Positions 52,372-64,000 of a DNA stretch of 64,000 nt are shown in pieces. Below the pieces are notes generated by a model. It had not been told where the DNA came from and made no database searches. It saw only the letters and a program-made list of their open reading frames with translations. Made by a program: the position numbers and the translations under genes. The stretch is from Octopus vulgaris (lineage: Eukaryota): assembly GCA_951406725.2 (NCBI GenBank), contig OX597819.1, positions 106,392,001 to 106,456,000 of the forward strand, written 5' to 3'. Numbering within the stretch: position 1 is the first letter of the stretch; every line of letters begins with the position of its first letter.

Positions 52372-53000
52372 CAGGAATCGGCAACCTTTTGGTATTGGTG
52401 AGGTCAATAGTTTATTAATAAAAAAGTGATTCTTATAAAAGTCATAAAGTACTTCAAATAGAGAATATTTCTATTTAAATAAAACTAGTTATATTTTTCA
52501 TTAAATCAGTCAATAATGCATTATAGTAAATCATTTTCACTTTGGGAAGAACAAGAATTCTTAATCAAAGAACTCAATTTAGTAAGCATTATGTTAATTA
52601 GACCATGTTTCGAGTCTATTTAAAAGATATAAAGAAGCTTTAAAAGATGAATGTCCAAACTGCATTGATTATTGGAAAAATAAGTATCATGAAAAACTAC
52701 ATAATTTAATTCTAATGCAGACAGACGAATTATGCTGAATGTCGGCTAAAATCTCCACGTCAGTGTTGTTGATCAGTCAAATTTGACATCAGTCAATTTT
52801 GTCATCAAATAAATCTTGGTGCGCATTAGGTTCGAAAATAATTGCTCACAAAAATAAGTAAAACCAAAGATTGATACTATTATTTACACGGATAACTAAA
52901 TTAAGATTTTCTTCCTAGCATGGATGTACTTTCATTTATAGGCAAAGACAAACGTACATTCGAAACGACATTTTGACCTCATTATGTCAACGTACCTAGC
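52372..53000 (-). mobile_element. hAT transposon 3' end remnant
   Basis: TIR-like CAGGAATCGGCAACCTTTT at 52372; minus strand SIFGFTYFCEQLFSNLMRTK...KLTD at ~52790-52880. Confidence 0.7.
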
Positions 53001-53204
53001 GCAATCAATTCCATTCGATTATTTTCTGAATGTCTGCTAGCTTGAGCTTATAGACAAACCAGCAAAAATCAGTGAAATTACTGGATTTTTTTACTCCTGG
53101 CCTTTATTAAGAAATATGCGTAGACCACATTTTACAATATGTGTAAATGTTTTCGAAGATCATAATATGACATTTACCGCATACCTTTTGGTTTTTCGTC
53201 TTTC

Positions 53205-53461
53205 ACTTGTAACAGTCATTAGACTGCGGCGAATTTTTGAAGAATTTTAAAGTCGAATGAAGCGACACTAGTATTCTTTTAAAGCCTGGTACTTATTCTA
53301 TTGTTCTCTTTTCCCTATCTGCTAAGTTACAGAGACGTAAACACACCAACACCGGTTGTCAAGTGGTGATGGGACAAAAACACTAAGATGCACTACATAC
53401 ACATACGCACACATGCACATACACAGACACAAGCGCGCGTACACACACACACACACACACG

Positions 53462-53518
<57 letters not shown>

Positions 53519-53680
53519 GACGGATTTCTTTCAGTTTCCGTCTACCAGATATAGTCACAAGGCCTTGGTCAGTCCGAGGCTAGAGTAGAAGACACTTGCC
53601 AAAGATATCACACTGCTGGAATAAACCTAGAGCCATGATGTTCTTGGGAAGAAGGCTTCTTACAACACAGCCACGCCTGT
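53205..53680 (-). mobile_element. Near full-length CORE-type SINE with internal microsatellite
   Basis: Colinear with 57187-57565; head reads ...CTTCTTACAACACAGCCACGCCTG. Confidence 0.9.
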
Positions 53681-54387
53681 CACTATACATATGCTAATAA
53701 ATTTTGTATTTATGTTACAATATCGAGGTATTTAAATGAAATGTGAAATGAAATGGATGTGGTGATGAGATAAATTAATCAAGATTTGGACAACGCGATA
53801 CAAAAATTCTTTCAAAAATTGAGCCTTTGTGAACTCAGCGTAAGGAACTGAAATGCTTTGTGACTGAAAGATTTGGTGTTCGCATTTAATAATGCGATCG
53901 AACTAAGAAACTGATGCTTCCTGTGATCCAGTCACGTCATTCACATCTCGATATGTTTTCATATATGTACAGAAGAATTTTTTTCCTCTCTAGATCAGTG
54001 CCGGGAGGTCTTCCCAAATTGAAGTATTCTCGAGAGTTTTAAATATGAGTTTACACGCATGCATTTTATACAACGCTGTTTCGTACGATTTTTTACATAT
54101 AATTCCAACTTGACGAACGTAGCGTTTGCGGTTCTAATATAAAAATGAATTCTAACATTTTGGCCTGAGAATGACAGATTCGGTGTTCGCAGAAGCGCAT
54201 GCGTACTAGTAAACATTGACATAATTCATGTGTATTCTCACAATGTTGTTTAGAATGCGAACATTCTCCTGTGTTTATTTCCGCACAAGAAGGACTCCTG
54301 AGTCTACCGTGTGCACGCGCACGCGCATACAGACACACAATATGTGTGTGTTATATATATATATATTTATTTAATCTAATTTACGAT

Positions 54388-54775
54388 TACCCTGTATTGG
54401 AAGCACTCCGTCTGTTACGACGACGAGGGTTCCGGTTGATCCGATCAACGGAACAGCCTGCTCGTGAAATTAACGTGTAAGTGGCTGAGCACTCCACAGA
54501 CACGTGTACCCTTAACGTAGTTCTCGGGGATATTCAGCGTGACACAGAGAGTGACACGGCCGGCCCTTTGAAATACAGGTACAACAGAAACAAGAAGTAA
54601 GCGTGAGAGAAAGTTGTAGTGAAAGAGTACAGCAGGGATCACCACCATCTCTGCCGGAGCCTCGTGGAGCTTTAGGTGTTTTCGCTCAATAGACACTCAC
54701 AACGCCCGGGCTGGGAATCGAAACCGCGATCCTACGACCGCGACGTCGCTGCCCTAACCACTGGACCATTGCGCT
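54388..54775 (-). mobile_element. Third tRNA-derived SINE family, full length
   Basis: Element strand GCGCAATGGTCCAGTGGTTAGGGC (A box) ... GGTTTCGATTCCC (B box), followed by a GC-rich body unrelated to the other SINEs. Confidence 0.8.
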
Positions 54776-54871
54776 TTTACACTGTATAAAGTAATGCTCC
54801 AGCAAGTTTCATTCGATGGCTTGATGTATAAGAAAAAAAAAATATATATATATGTGTGTGTATGTGCGCGT

Positions 54872-54918
<47 letters not shown>

Positions 54919-55250
54919 TGTTTATGTATATATATATATATATGTATGTATATACACACACATACGTGCACGTCCCCCAACATATGTAATGATTGTTCTA
55001 TCATGTCAGATGATAGACTTCTCATCATTGAAATGTTTACTCAGATGGTGGCTGTCAAACACAAATGTGCTCAGAGGTGACTCTTCAGATCAATTGTTGT
55101 TCTACAAGGTGTAGAGTAGACATAGCTTACAAATCTCATCTCTACAATAATTTCATCTCTCTCCCTCTCTATCTATCTGTCTGTTAGTTTGTCTATCTGT
55201 CTGTCGGACTGTCTGTATGTAACTATACATATATGTGTGTGCGTGCGTGA

Positions 55251-55360
<110 letters not shown>

Positions 55361-55364
55361 TATG

Positions 55365-55446
<82 letters not shown>

Positions 55447-55447
55447 C

Positions 55448-55480
<33 letters not shown>

Positions 55481-55861
55481 TATTCGTATATGTGAATGTG
55501 TGTGAAGAGGAGCGGGTGTTTATGCCTGCAATACAGACTATTATTTCGTCTCTGATTACAGGAGAATTTTTTAAATTCTAGTCTGCTTGAAGAACTGACA
55601 CAAGTGACGAGGGAAAATTTTATTGTGAGAAAAAATTGTAAAATTGTAAATTGGTATTTATCTGATCTTCTTTTACACTTTATACCAATTTTTTTTACTG
55701 CTGTTGTATGGTAGTATTTGAAATTTACGTATTTACATAGACTTGGATAGATAAAAATTGTGATTAATTTCTACTTGGCGTTTTACTGAAACTTCTCTTG
55801 TTTCTATTGCGTTAACCCAACCATGTTGGAACTAATTATACACGGACGCATCATGAAAATA

Positions 55862-56434
55862 TTGGGTTGTCCGGAAAGTTCGTGCCGATTTTTAAAGGAA
55901 AGGAAAGGTCAATAATTACTTGCCATTACCCAAGCTTTACCAGGTGCTCATGAACGACGGATTTTGATAGGTTGAGGCTTTCTGCCAATTCTCAGGTTGT
56001 GCAATGTGGGTTATTCTAAATTAATGACTTAATTTGGTCATCATTTGTAGTGGATGGTCTTCCTGATGGCTCTTTATCAATAAGGCTACAACCTCCAGCT
56101 TGGAACCTTGCCAACCACTTCTGTACAGAGTTTTCGGATAAAGAAACATCACCGTAAACTGCGCATATTTCTTTGGTTGCTTGTGAGGCATTTTTCCCTT
56201 TACGGAAAAAGAAAAGTATCAAGTGCCAAAAATCAATTTTCTTATATTACATTTTAAAGGGTTGCAGAATTAACACAGGTGATAGGAACATAAGCCTTCT
56301 TCCACGAAAAGATAGCTTAAACTGTGCTCTAAATGGAGGTATAGTCAAATCCTATTTTATGGACTCAACCATGTTCTAAAATAAGTCGAAAGGTAAGCGA
56401 CTATAAATCGGCACGAACTTTCCGGACAACCCAA
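55862..56434 (-). mobile_element. Internally deleted mariner (573 bp) with perfect ~30-bp TIRs
   Basis: TTGGGTTGTCCGGAAAGTTCGTGCCGATTT / AAATCGGCACGAACTTTCCGGACAACCCAA. Retains the N-terminal HTH (FRKGKNASQATKEICAVYG...VQKWLARF..G..SL.D...SGRP). Confidence 0.93.
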
Positions 56435-57186
56435 TGCTTTCTATAAACACGCACACAACTCTTTTATGAATTTTCAATACCAAGCATACAACATCTGGGA
56501 AAACGATGATCTTTGCAGTTTTTATTAAACATATAAGTTTATAGATTTATATAATCTTTGATATTATACAGTAATTATTGTAATTCAGATCAAACTTCTA
56601 TCTCTCAATCCCTGGTCATTCGTTGATTTGTCGTATATTTCTCATGTCTGCAGTGAGGGCTGCTAAATTGCGAGTAGTCACAGCATCAGATATGTTGCAT
56701 TACTCAACTGTTCTCGCCGTCTGTCAACTGAGAGAAAATTTCACTGAACTCAACATTGCCTTTAGTACTTCGGAATCCACAAATGAAGTATCAGTCCTCA
56801 ACGCTTTTCTTTAAATTATGCTATTGTTCTATTTGTCTTTCTTCTTTCTAGAAGAAATCATTAGTAGGATAACCTCGAGAAAGCAGGGCTCTGCAAAGTC
56901 TAAAGTATCTTCAAGATAAACCGTATGTAACGACGACGCCTCCGTAAAGGCTTATTTACACTTGTTAAAAACTCGAACAAAGCTCTCTAATTCTTGCCGA
57001 TTATACACAGTATCGTTATTTACTTAAAAATAATAATTAAAATATTATCTATATATGTTGCAGTTTATCTTCACTATTTTCAAGCAATAATAGATAACCA
57101 GTTCCAGTTTTCTCGATTAATCAGTTTTAACCATTTTGAAGAACCTTCCATAACAAATATTTTATTTTATCATTTATCTCATTTAG

Positions 57187-57565
57187 CTTGCTTACCAACC
57201 ACATGGTTCCGGGTTCAGTCCCACTGCGTGGCACTTTCGGCAAGTGTTTTCTACTATAGCCTCGAGCCGACTAAAGCCTTGTGAGTGGATTTGGTAGACG
57301 GAAACTGAAAGAAGCACGTCGTATATATGTATGTATATATATATATGTGTGTGTGTGTGTGTTTGTGTGTCTGAGTTTGTCCTCCCAACATCGCTTGACA
57401 ACCGATGCTGATGTGTTTACGTCCCCGTAACTTAGCAGTTCGGCGAAAGAGACCGATAGAATAAGTACAAGGCTAACAAAGAATAAGTCTTGGGGTAGAT
57501 TTGACGACTAAAGGCGGTGCTCCAGTATGGCTGCAGTTAAATGACTGAAACAAATGAAAGAGTAA
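57187..57565 (+). mobile_element. CORE-type tRNA-derived SINE
   Basis: GGTTCAGTCCC B box, GTGGCACTTTCGGCAAGTG core, internal (TA)/(TG) tract, 3' ...ATGACTGAAACAAATGAAAGAG. Confidence 0.92.
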
Positions 57566-58509
57566 CAAATTAGTATTAATCTAATTCAATGAATTCAACA
57601 AAATGATGTAAAGGTTACTCGCAGTGGGAGCGAACATGGATCCAACATATTCGGAATCTAATTTATTAACCTCATAGTCGAGCACGTAGATATATTGACT
57701 GAAGTTTCCAATCTGCAGAAAATTTCAAGCAAGCAAAGGATTTAGCGCTGACATTTAGTTGATTGCAATTCATACCACATTATCAGAATTTTGTTAAAAA
57801 GTAAATATTCTGCTATTAAACTTTGATATTATGGAAGAGTTACATGTTGCGTAAATTGCCTTAAATTACTAAAAGTTATTTCATATATCTTTAATATCTT
57901 AGTTTCCAAATGTCATCTGTTTAGCTGAAAGAGTTTTGCGATTCGATGTGATGATTTTGATTCAGATTACTTTATAAATCCTCATATTTCTTTAAGCAGA
58001 GAAAGTTTCCGCCAATTTTAAGAACATTTTTACATTATGAGCAGTTTTTCATCATTATATTATATATTCTTCTTTCTAGTTTCGTTTTATTTTTCATTAT
58101 AAAGAATTCCAGCTTGCTCATACATCAGTAATGTTCTGTGATATACTAATATAATCTATCATAATCTGTTTCACTGTCTCTTTCTGTATCAGTTTCCGTC
58201 TCTCTTTAATCTAATGCTGCTTCTCTTTTTTGGCATTCGGCGGTAACAGATTTCCTCTTAGCATGTGGTTGGTTGCAAATGCATGCTATTGACAATGTTC
58301 CAACGTGGCGGAAATGCATCAGGCATCGTTGGTAACCCCTATTGGGACGACTTTCATGTGCCTCCCGTATATATTGTATTTTAAAGCACAGAACCTCTGC
58401 TAGAGATGCTATTCTCCCTAATAATACCACCCGTGTATTTACATTAAATGTAATACAAAGATGGGTATTTCATGCTATAACTACAGTATAAAATGGATAT
58501 ATATATATA

Positions 58510-58542
<33 letters not shown>

Positions 58543-58856
58543 CAACTCCATTCTTTTCATTTATTGATATAAAAAAAAACACACAAATTTCCACACACGA
58601 ACACGGGGTTCGGCCCTTGGCATGTAACTTCAACCGTGTTTTACTGACGTGAATTTGCTACCCAGGTATCGATTAACCGAATTATCCATACTAGGATAAT
58701 TCATTAATCTACTTGAATATGTATACATATATATATATATATATACACGCACACGCACACACACACGCACGCATAACCCCCCCACACATACACACACGCG
58801 CGCGATTATATGGTATGCGGTGCCGAATTATACAATTTGTAAATAATAATAATAAT

Positions 58857-58897
<41 letters not shown>

Positions 58898-59368
58898 TAA
58901 TAATAATTTTTATGAGCTTAAAGCTTATAAGCGCTCACTGTACATTGACTAAATTAAATTGTCGATTATATAAGCCCTCGATGGAAAAAGGAGTATGGTT
59001 TGCCGTACGCAAAACTTAATTTTCTTAATTTTTATATGCCCCAATATTAGACTAATATTGATCTAAACTAAAAGATACGCTGAATGCTCGAATTCATTAG
59101 CTAGCATGACCCAAGATCATTATGAAGACTGGAGTTCGGGATCTACTTTCGCGTCAGCGGGTAAAGATTAAAGGAAGCTTTTCAAATCACTTAAATTATT
59201 TTAATGGTAAATCTAAGTGAGTAAAATTAAATAATGATGTCTTACAACTCTTTCTGTGATATCTCAGGTAATGAATCAAGATTTGTTCTCACTTGGTTTT
59301 ATTTTCCTCTTCCTTTATTTGATACATGCATACATATATACATGCATTTATATAAATAGTAAATATAT

Positions 59369-59475
59369 AGGCTATAGTAGAAGACACTTTTGCATGGTTC
59401 TAAACCGAAAACCATGTGGTTGGTAAGCAAGCTACTTAACACATTGCCAATCTTGCGCCTAAATATATATATATA

Positions 59476-59514
<39 letters not shown>

Positions 59515-59695
59515 ATATGTATGTATATACTCTTTTACTCTTTTCAGTCATTTGAAGCACTGGCTTTAGTCGAGCAAATCGACCCCAAGACTTATTCTTT
59601 GTAAGCATAGTACTTATTCTATCAGTTCTGTTGCCGGACCACTAAATTAGTTGTCAAGCGATGTTGGGGGACAAACAGAAAAAACACAAACACAC

Positions 59696-59736
<41 letters not shown>

Positions 59737-59860
59737 TATATACGACGGGTTTCTTTCAGTTTCCGTCTACCAAACCCACTCACAAGGGTTTGGTCGGTCC
59801 GAGGCTATAGTAGAAGACACTTGCCACGCAGTGTGACTGAACCCGGAACCAATCCTACGC
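59369..59860 (-). mobile_element. Two adjacent CORE-type SINE pieces (59369-59460 and 59528-59860)
   Basis: GGCTATAGTAGAAGACAC occurs in both; the second is near full length with internal deletions. Confidence 0.85.
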
Positions 59861-59897
59861 CTATATATATATATATCTGTGTGTGTGTGTGTGTGTA

Positions 59898-59986
<89 letters not shown>

Positions 59987-59997
59987 ATATATATACC

Positions 59998-60072
59998 TTA
60001 GGTTGGCAACTAATTTCCCACCGTTTTTTAAAGTTAATCTTTTAAAAAGTTTTCATAAAAAATAACAACTAA

Positions 60073-60105
<33 letters not shown>

Positions 60106-60947
60106 AATTAATGAATATGTATTCACCGTTGCCTGTTTATTACTTCTTCCCAACGTTCAACAAGATTTTCAATACCTCGTTGGTGGAAATTACCCGATTT
60201 CGACTCGGATAATTGATCCTACCAAGCTCTCAGTTCTGCATCAGTATTGAACAAAACTCCTCGCATACCATTTGAAAGAGATAGAAAGAGGTGAAAATCC
60301 GTCGGTGGCAAATCAGGAGAGTACGGCGTGTGTGGCAGCACTTCCTAGCCAAGCGTTTGAATGGCTTCCTTGGTCATATAGGCGATATGAGGGCGGGCGT
60401 TGTCGTACAGCAGAAGAACTCCATGCTGATGATTAGGTCTTTTCTCTTGAATAGCCGTGTTGAGTTGTTCCATCTGTAGAACATAGAATTCCTAATTGAC
60501 CGTTTGGTTCTGTTCAAGCAATTCGTAATGGATAATTCCCTTCCCAGTCCCACCATACGCACAACATCGTTTTACGCGGATGAAGATCTTGTTTCACGAG
60601 CGGTTCGCTTGTTTATCGGGGCTAAGCCATTCCTTACGCTGCTTCATATTGATGTACAGGCACCATTTTTTTCGACAGTAACGATTTGGTAAAGTAATCG
60701 TTGCTGGTATCCATGAGTTGAGCGGTGACGAGCAAGCAAACCAGCGGAGATTGTGGCTCGTTGATTTTTGTTGTTGTCACTTAAAGCATTCGGAACCCAT
60801 GCTCCATACTTCTGAACCTTTCATATAGAGTGAAGATGCTTCTCTATAGCAGTTAAATAGAATTCTCGAAAAAAATAGATTCCAAAATTTTAAAACGCAA
60901 TAAATTCCAAAATAAAAAAAAAGGCAGGAATTTAGTTGCCAACCCAA
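59998..60947 (-). mobile_element. Mariner (DD34D) transposon lacking the N-terminal region
   Basis: TIRs TTAGGTTGGCAACTAATTTCC / GGAATTTAGTTGCCAACCCAA-TA; minus strand GAWVPNAL, IVTVEKKW, YDNARPH and PYSPDLPPTDFHLFLSLSN. Confidence 0.92.
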
Positions 60948-61819
60948 TATATACTCTATAATAGAGAAAGCTGCTTATTAATTAGGTATGTAACAATTAC
61001 TAAATGTACTAAAAGAAAGCAATGTTAAAAGCTTGACCGTCTGGAAATATTTTTATAAATTCATGTTTTAAGAAATTGCTTATAATTTCGATTTCTGATG
61101 TATATTGAATTTTTAAACTCCAAATTCTCCCAAATTTAAATATTCATTGCATTCACTGCGTTCACTTCTTCCTGAATCTAATATTCATTGCCTTCACTGC
61201 GGGGTAGAGATTAATGTTTAATTATAAACACTATTAATTCGCTGCAGGTAACATTTTACGTTTTTATTTGCAAGAGTCTCTCATTTTCGCTCAAATTTCA
61301 TTAATGATAATTTAATGATAGCTGTATAACTTTGATACCATACACAATTTTCAGAATATTATCAGTCTCCAGAATTTGTTAAACAAATGTTTTTGATAAG
61401 ATGAAAATTCTTTAATATACCGGTATAATTTTTTTTAAGTGAAGAAATGATTTTGTTACTATGGCTCTAACGTTATAAACCTTACAATAATAACTATGTG
61501 ATCGCTGCTATTTCTAGCACGCTAAACAAGATAGTTTTTAACGAGATTTCATTTATATATAATATGCGACTGAAAAAGAAAATTTAGCAGCTTAGGCACA
61601 ACGGCAGTGAGAAAGAGAGGCAACTGAATCAGATGAAACCAGAGCAAAGTGACTTAAACAGATGCCTAAATATGCACGGAGACGTAGACATGATTCTGTT
61701 TCTGCTACACATGACCAACCGGTTAGTGTATTTCGAGAGGAGAATATTCGACTTCAGAATAATGGTGTCAGATCACAAATTGTTGATGCAACATAAAAGA
61801 GATCTTTTCTTTGTGATCA

Positions 61820-62464
61820 TGTGGAAGTAGTAGAGTTGACAACCCATCTAAGACTTCTTACAGAAGGTCATTCTGATGACAGATAGTTTGCTAAATACCG
61901 TCTTGATGTAGGAAATGTTAACATTTCTGTTGAACAAAATCTAGGAACTACCCAATGACCCTTGCCTTGAAAGTGGCACTCTTTCAGATCAATGTGATTT
62001 TGTATATGCTGACCTCAAAAATAACTTCACAAACCCTGTGTGGGTTGCAAATAGAACCATTGTTATTCCAACAAATGAAGCAGAACAATATGTGGATGGT
62101 TTTCTGTTGACCAGGATCCCTGGTGAGCTAAATATATACAGAAGCTCAGATACAGTTGATAATGAAACTCTGCTTCCAATCGAGTTCATCAACAAACTTA
62201 CACCATTAAGATTCCCATCACAAGTTCTCGAACTAAAGAAAAACCGATACATAATGCTTCTGAAAAATGTTGATGCTACTAATGGACATCATAGTCAGTT
62301 TACATGATCATGTTATTGAGGCTGAGGTTAAAATCTTCTCACATTGTCAGCTGTATGTGGCATTATCTAGAGTTCGAAAGAAGGTTAATGTAAAAATATT
62401 GGCTGAGAGAAATGGAAACAGTATGATTACTGACAATTCTGTCTACGAGGAGATACTACTTTAA
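61820..62464 (+). pseudogene. Helitron PIF1-family helicase C-terminal remnant
   Basis: IVIPTNE, YRSSDTV...PIEFINKLTP..FP...LELK...IMLLKNVD..NG and FSHCQLYVALSRV...T.N.VYEEIL*. Confidence 0.88.
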
Positions 62465-62689
62465 AGTAAAATATACCTTTTAGCAAGTTTCAGTAAATGC
62501 AATTAACGCATAAATTATATGTCAAGTAACATATGTTTATGTGGAATTAAATTGTTTTGGCATATTTCAACACATGCCGAATGAATGATATCTTTATATT
62601 AGATCATCCTATACCTGGGTATATTTGAAAAAGTAAGGAAACGTCAAAAGAAGAAAAAAAACAATACAAGTCGGACCAGCTCACAGGAA

Positions 62690-63400
62690 AAGTATTGTAT
62701 AGTGAGATCTCACAAGCCATTGGAAGGTATTAATCATGTCGAAAATTTGGCAGGTAGTACCGACAAGTTTATGACATCCCGCTTTGAAGACTATATCCAT
62801 GCATTCCAATAACAAGAGATCTCCACGAAGAACCTACGGCATAAAATGTAGAAAACATTGACACACATCAAATGAAGGCTGTGCAAGTCCAAGACTGAAG
62901 ATATCGACAACGTTATTGTCAACTGCGAGAGAATGCCGCCCAGATATTACGTTCCCATAAAGCATGATACATTGGCCAGAACGGTCTGGAAGAAGATAGC
63001 AAAATAGAGAATACCTACAAACGAGATGACTACATTGAAGGCGATGTGTCATTTTGAATTTTGGGTGAACTTCAAAATTAAAACAGCCATGAAGTTAAAA
63101 TACAACTGGCCAAATATCGTGGTGAGGGTACAAAAAACAATGTTTACTGTTGTGGAAATCAGCCTCCCTCTAGACACGAATTCAGTAAGAAAAATTCAAG
63201 AGGAAGCGGGGACATATGAAGCATTGTCAAGGAGTTTGCAAATCCAATACCCAAGATACAGTTTCAGCTACATACCAACTATTATCGGAACAAAAGTGTA
63301 CATACCAACCCGTATGAGACAAAGTATGGCTGAACTTGTCATATGGGTAGAGAATGCAAATCCTTAATTCATATACTATAAAAATCCCAAAGACATTAAG
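62690..63400 (+). pseudogene. Decayed R4-like RLE non-LTR fragment
   Basis: RFEDYIHAFQ*QEISTK, FWVNFKIKT...NWPNIVV, VVEISLPLD and Y..L...LQIQYP.YSFSYIPTIIG. Confidence 0.7.
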
Positions 63401-63522
63401 ATTTAAAGAATGATGGTTAAAACAAGATAATTTCCTTCACAATCTTGCTACCAAATAGGTTACCCTGTCAAAATCTACTCTAATCTAAATTTAAAAAGAG
63501 AAAGAGTAGGATATACATAGTA

Positions 63523-63652
63523 TCATACATACATACATACATACATACATACATACATACATACATACATACATACATACATGCCTACATACATACATAC
63601 ATACATACATACATACATACATACATACATACATACATACATACATACATAC
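63523..63652. repeat. (CATA)n microsatellite
   Basis: About 30 near-perfect CATA units. Confidence 0.95.
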
Positions 63653-64000
63653 ACACGTATGCAGGAGTGTGCGTGCATTGGCAGAATACCCGGCTGAAAT
63701 GTAGTTGCAAATGGTACAGAATTATTCTATAATAATAGCAGTTTATTAAATATTCTATTCGTAATCGTGCTCTGTTTTACTTTTCTCTTTGAAAGTCATC
63801 TTCCATGTAAGAAATGAAATCGTTTTCCATTACATCTATAGCCGTCTTGTGTCTACACATACATACTCAATATTTTAAGTATACAGAGAAATTTAATTGT
63901 GTAAATGATTTATAGCAAATTCAAGAAGACAAGATTAAGTAAAATAAAGAAGACATGATTAAATTAAAGCAATAGGATTAGGTGAAATCGTAAACAAATA

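Noticed and set aside
54700-54775. tRNA-like sequence with A and B boxes
   Set aside because: Continues directly into a SINE body; not a tRNA gene. The same applies to the other SINE heads.

Overview
AT-rich, repeat-saturated animal genomic DNA (intergenic or intronic). The SINE families and (TA)n/(CA)n/(TATC)n/(AAT)n load look like an octopod cephalopod; this is inferred from recalled repeat consensus, not from a search. I find no host protein-coding exon. Almost all ORF-track entries are microsatellite translations. The real coding sequences are transposon-derived: a young 5'-truncated CR1-group LINE with an open RT frame (33769-36084, -), Penelope-like (PLE) GIY-YIG remnants, R4/Dong and RTE LINE fragments, three mariners, an m44-like DNA transposon, three hAT remnants and a Helitron helicase fragment. 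There are also many tRNA-derived SINEs. The most striking signal is about a dozen type I minimal hammerhead-ribozyme (HHR) motifs between 5.6 and 43 kb, with differing stem II sequences. They lie in PLE terminal repeats, fold-back elements and a non-coding tandem dimer that resembles a retrozyme. Several carry unusual features: an A9C core, a C3U core with a ~70-nt stem II loop, or a perfect palindromic stem III. All folds were read by eye and none was computed.
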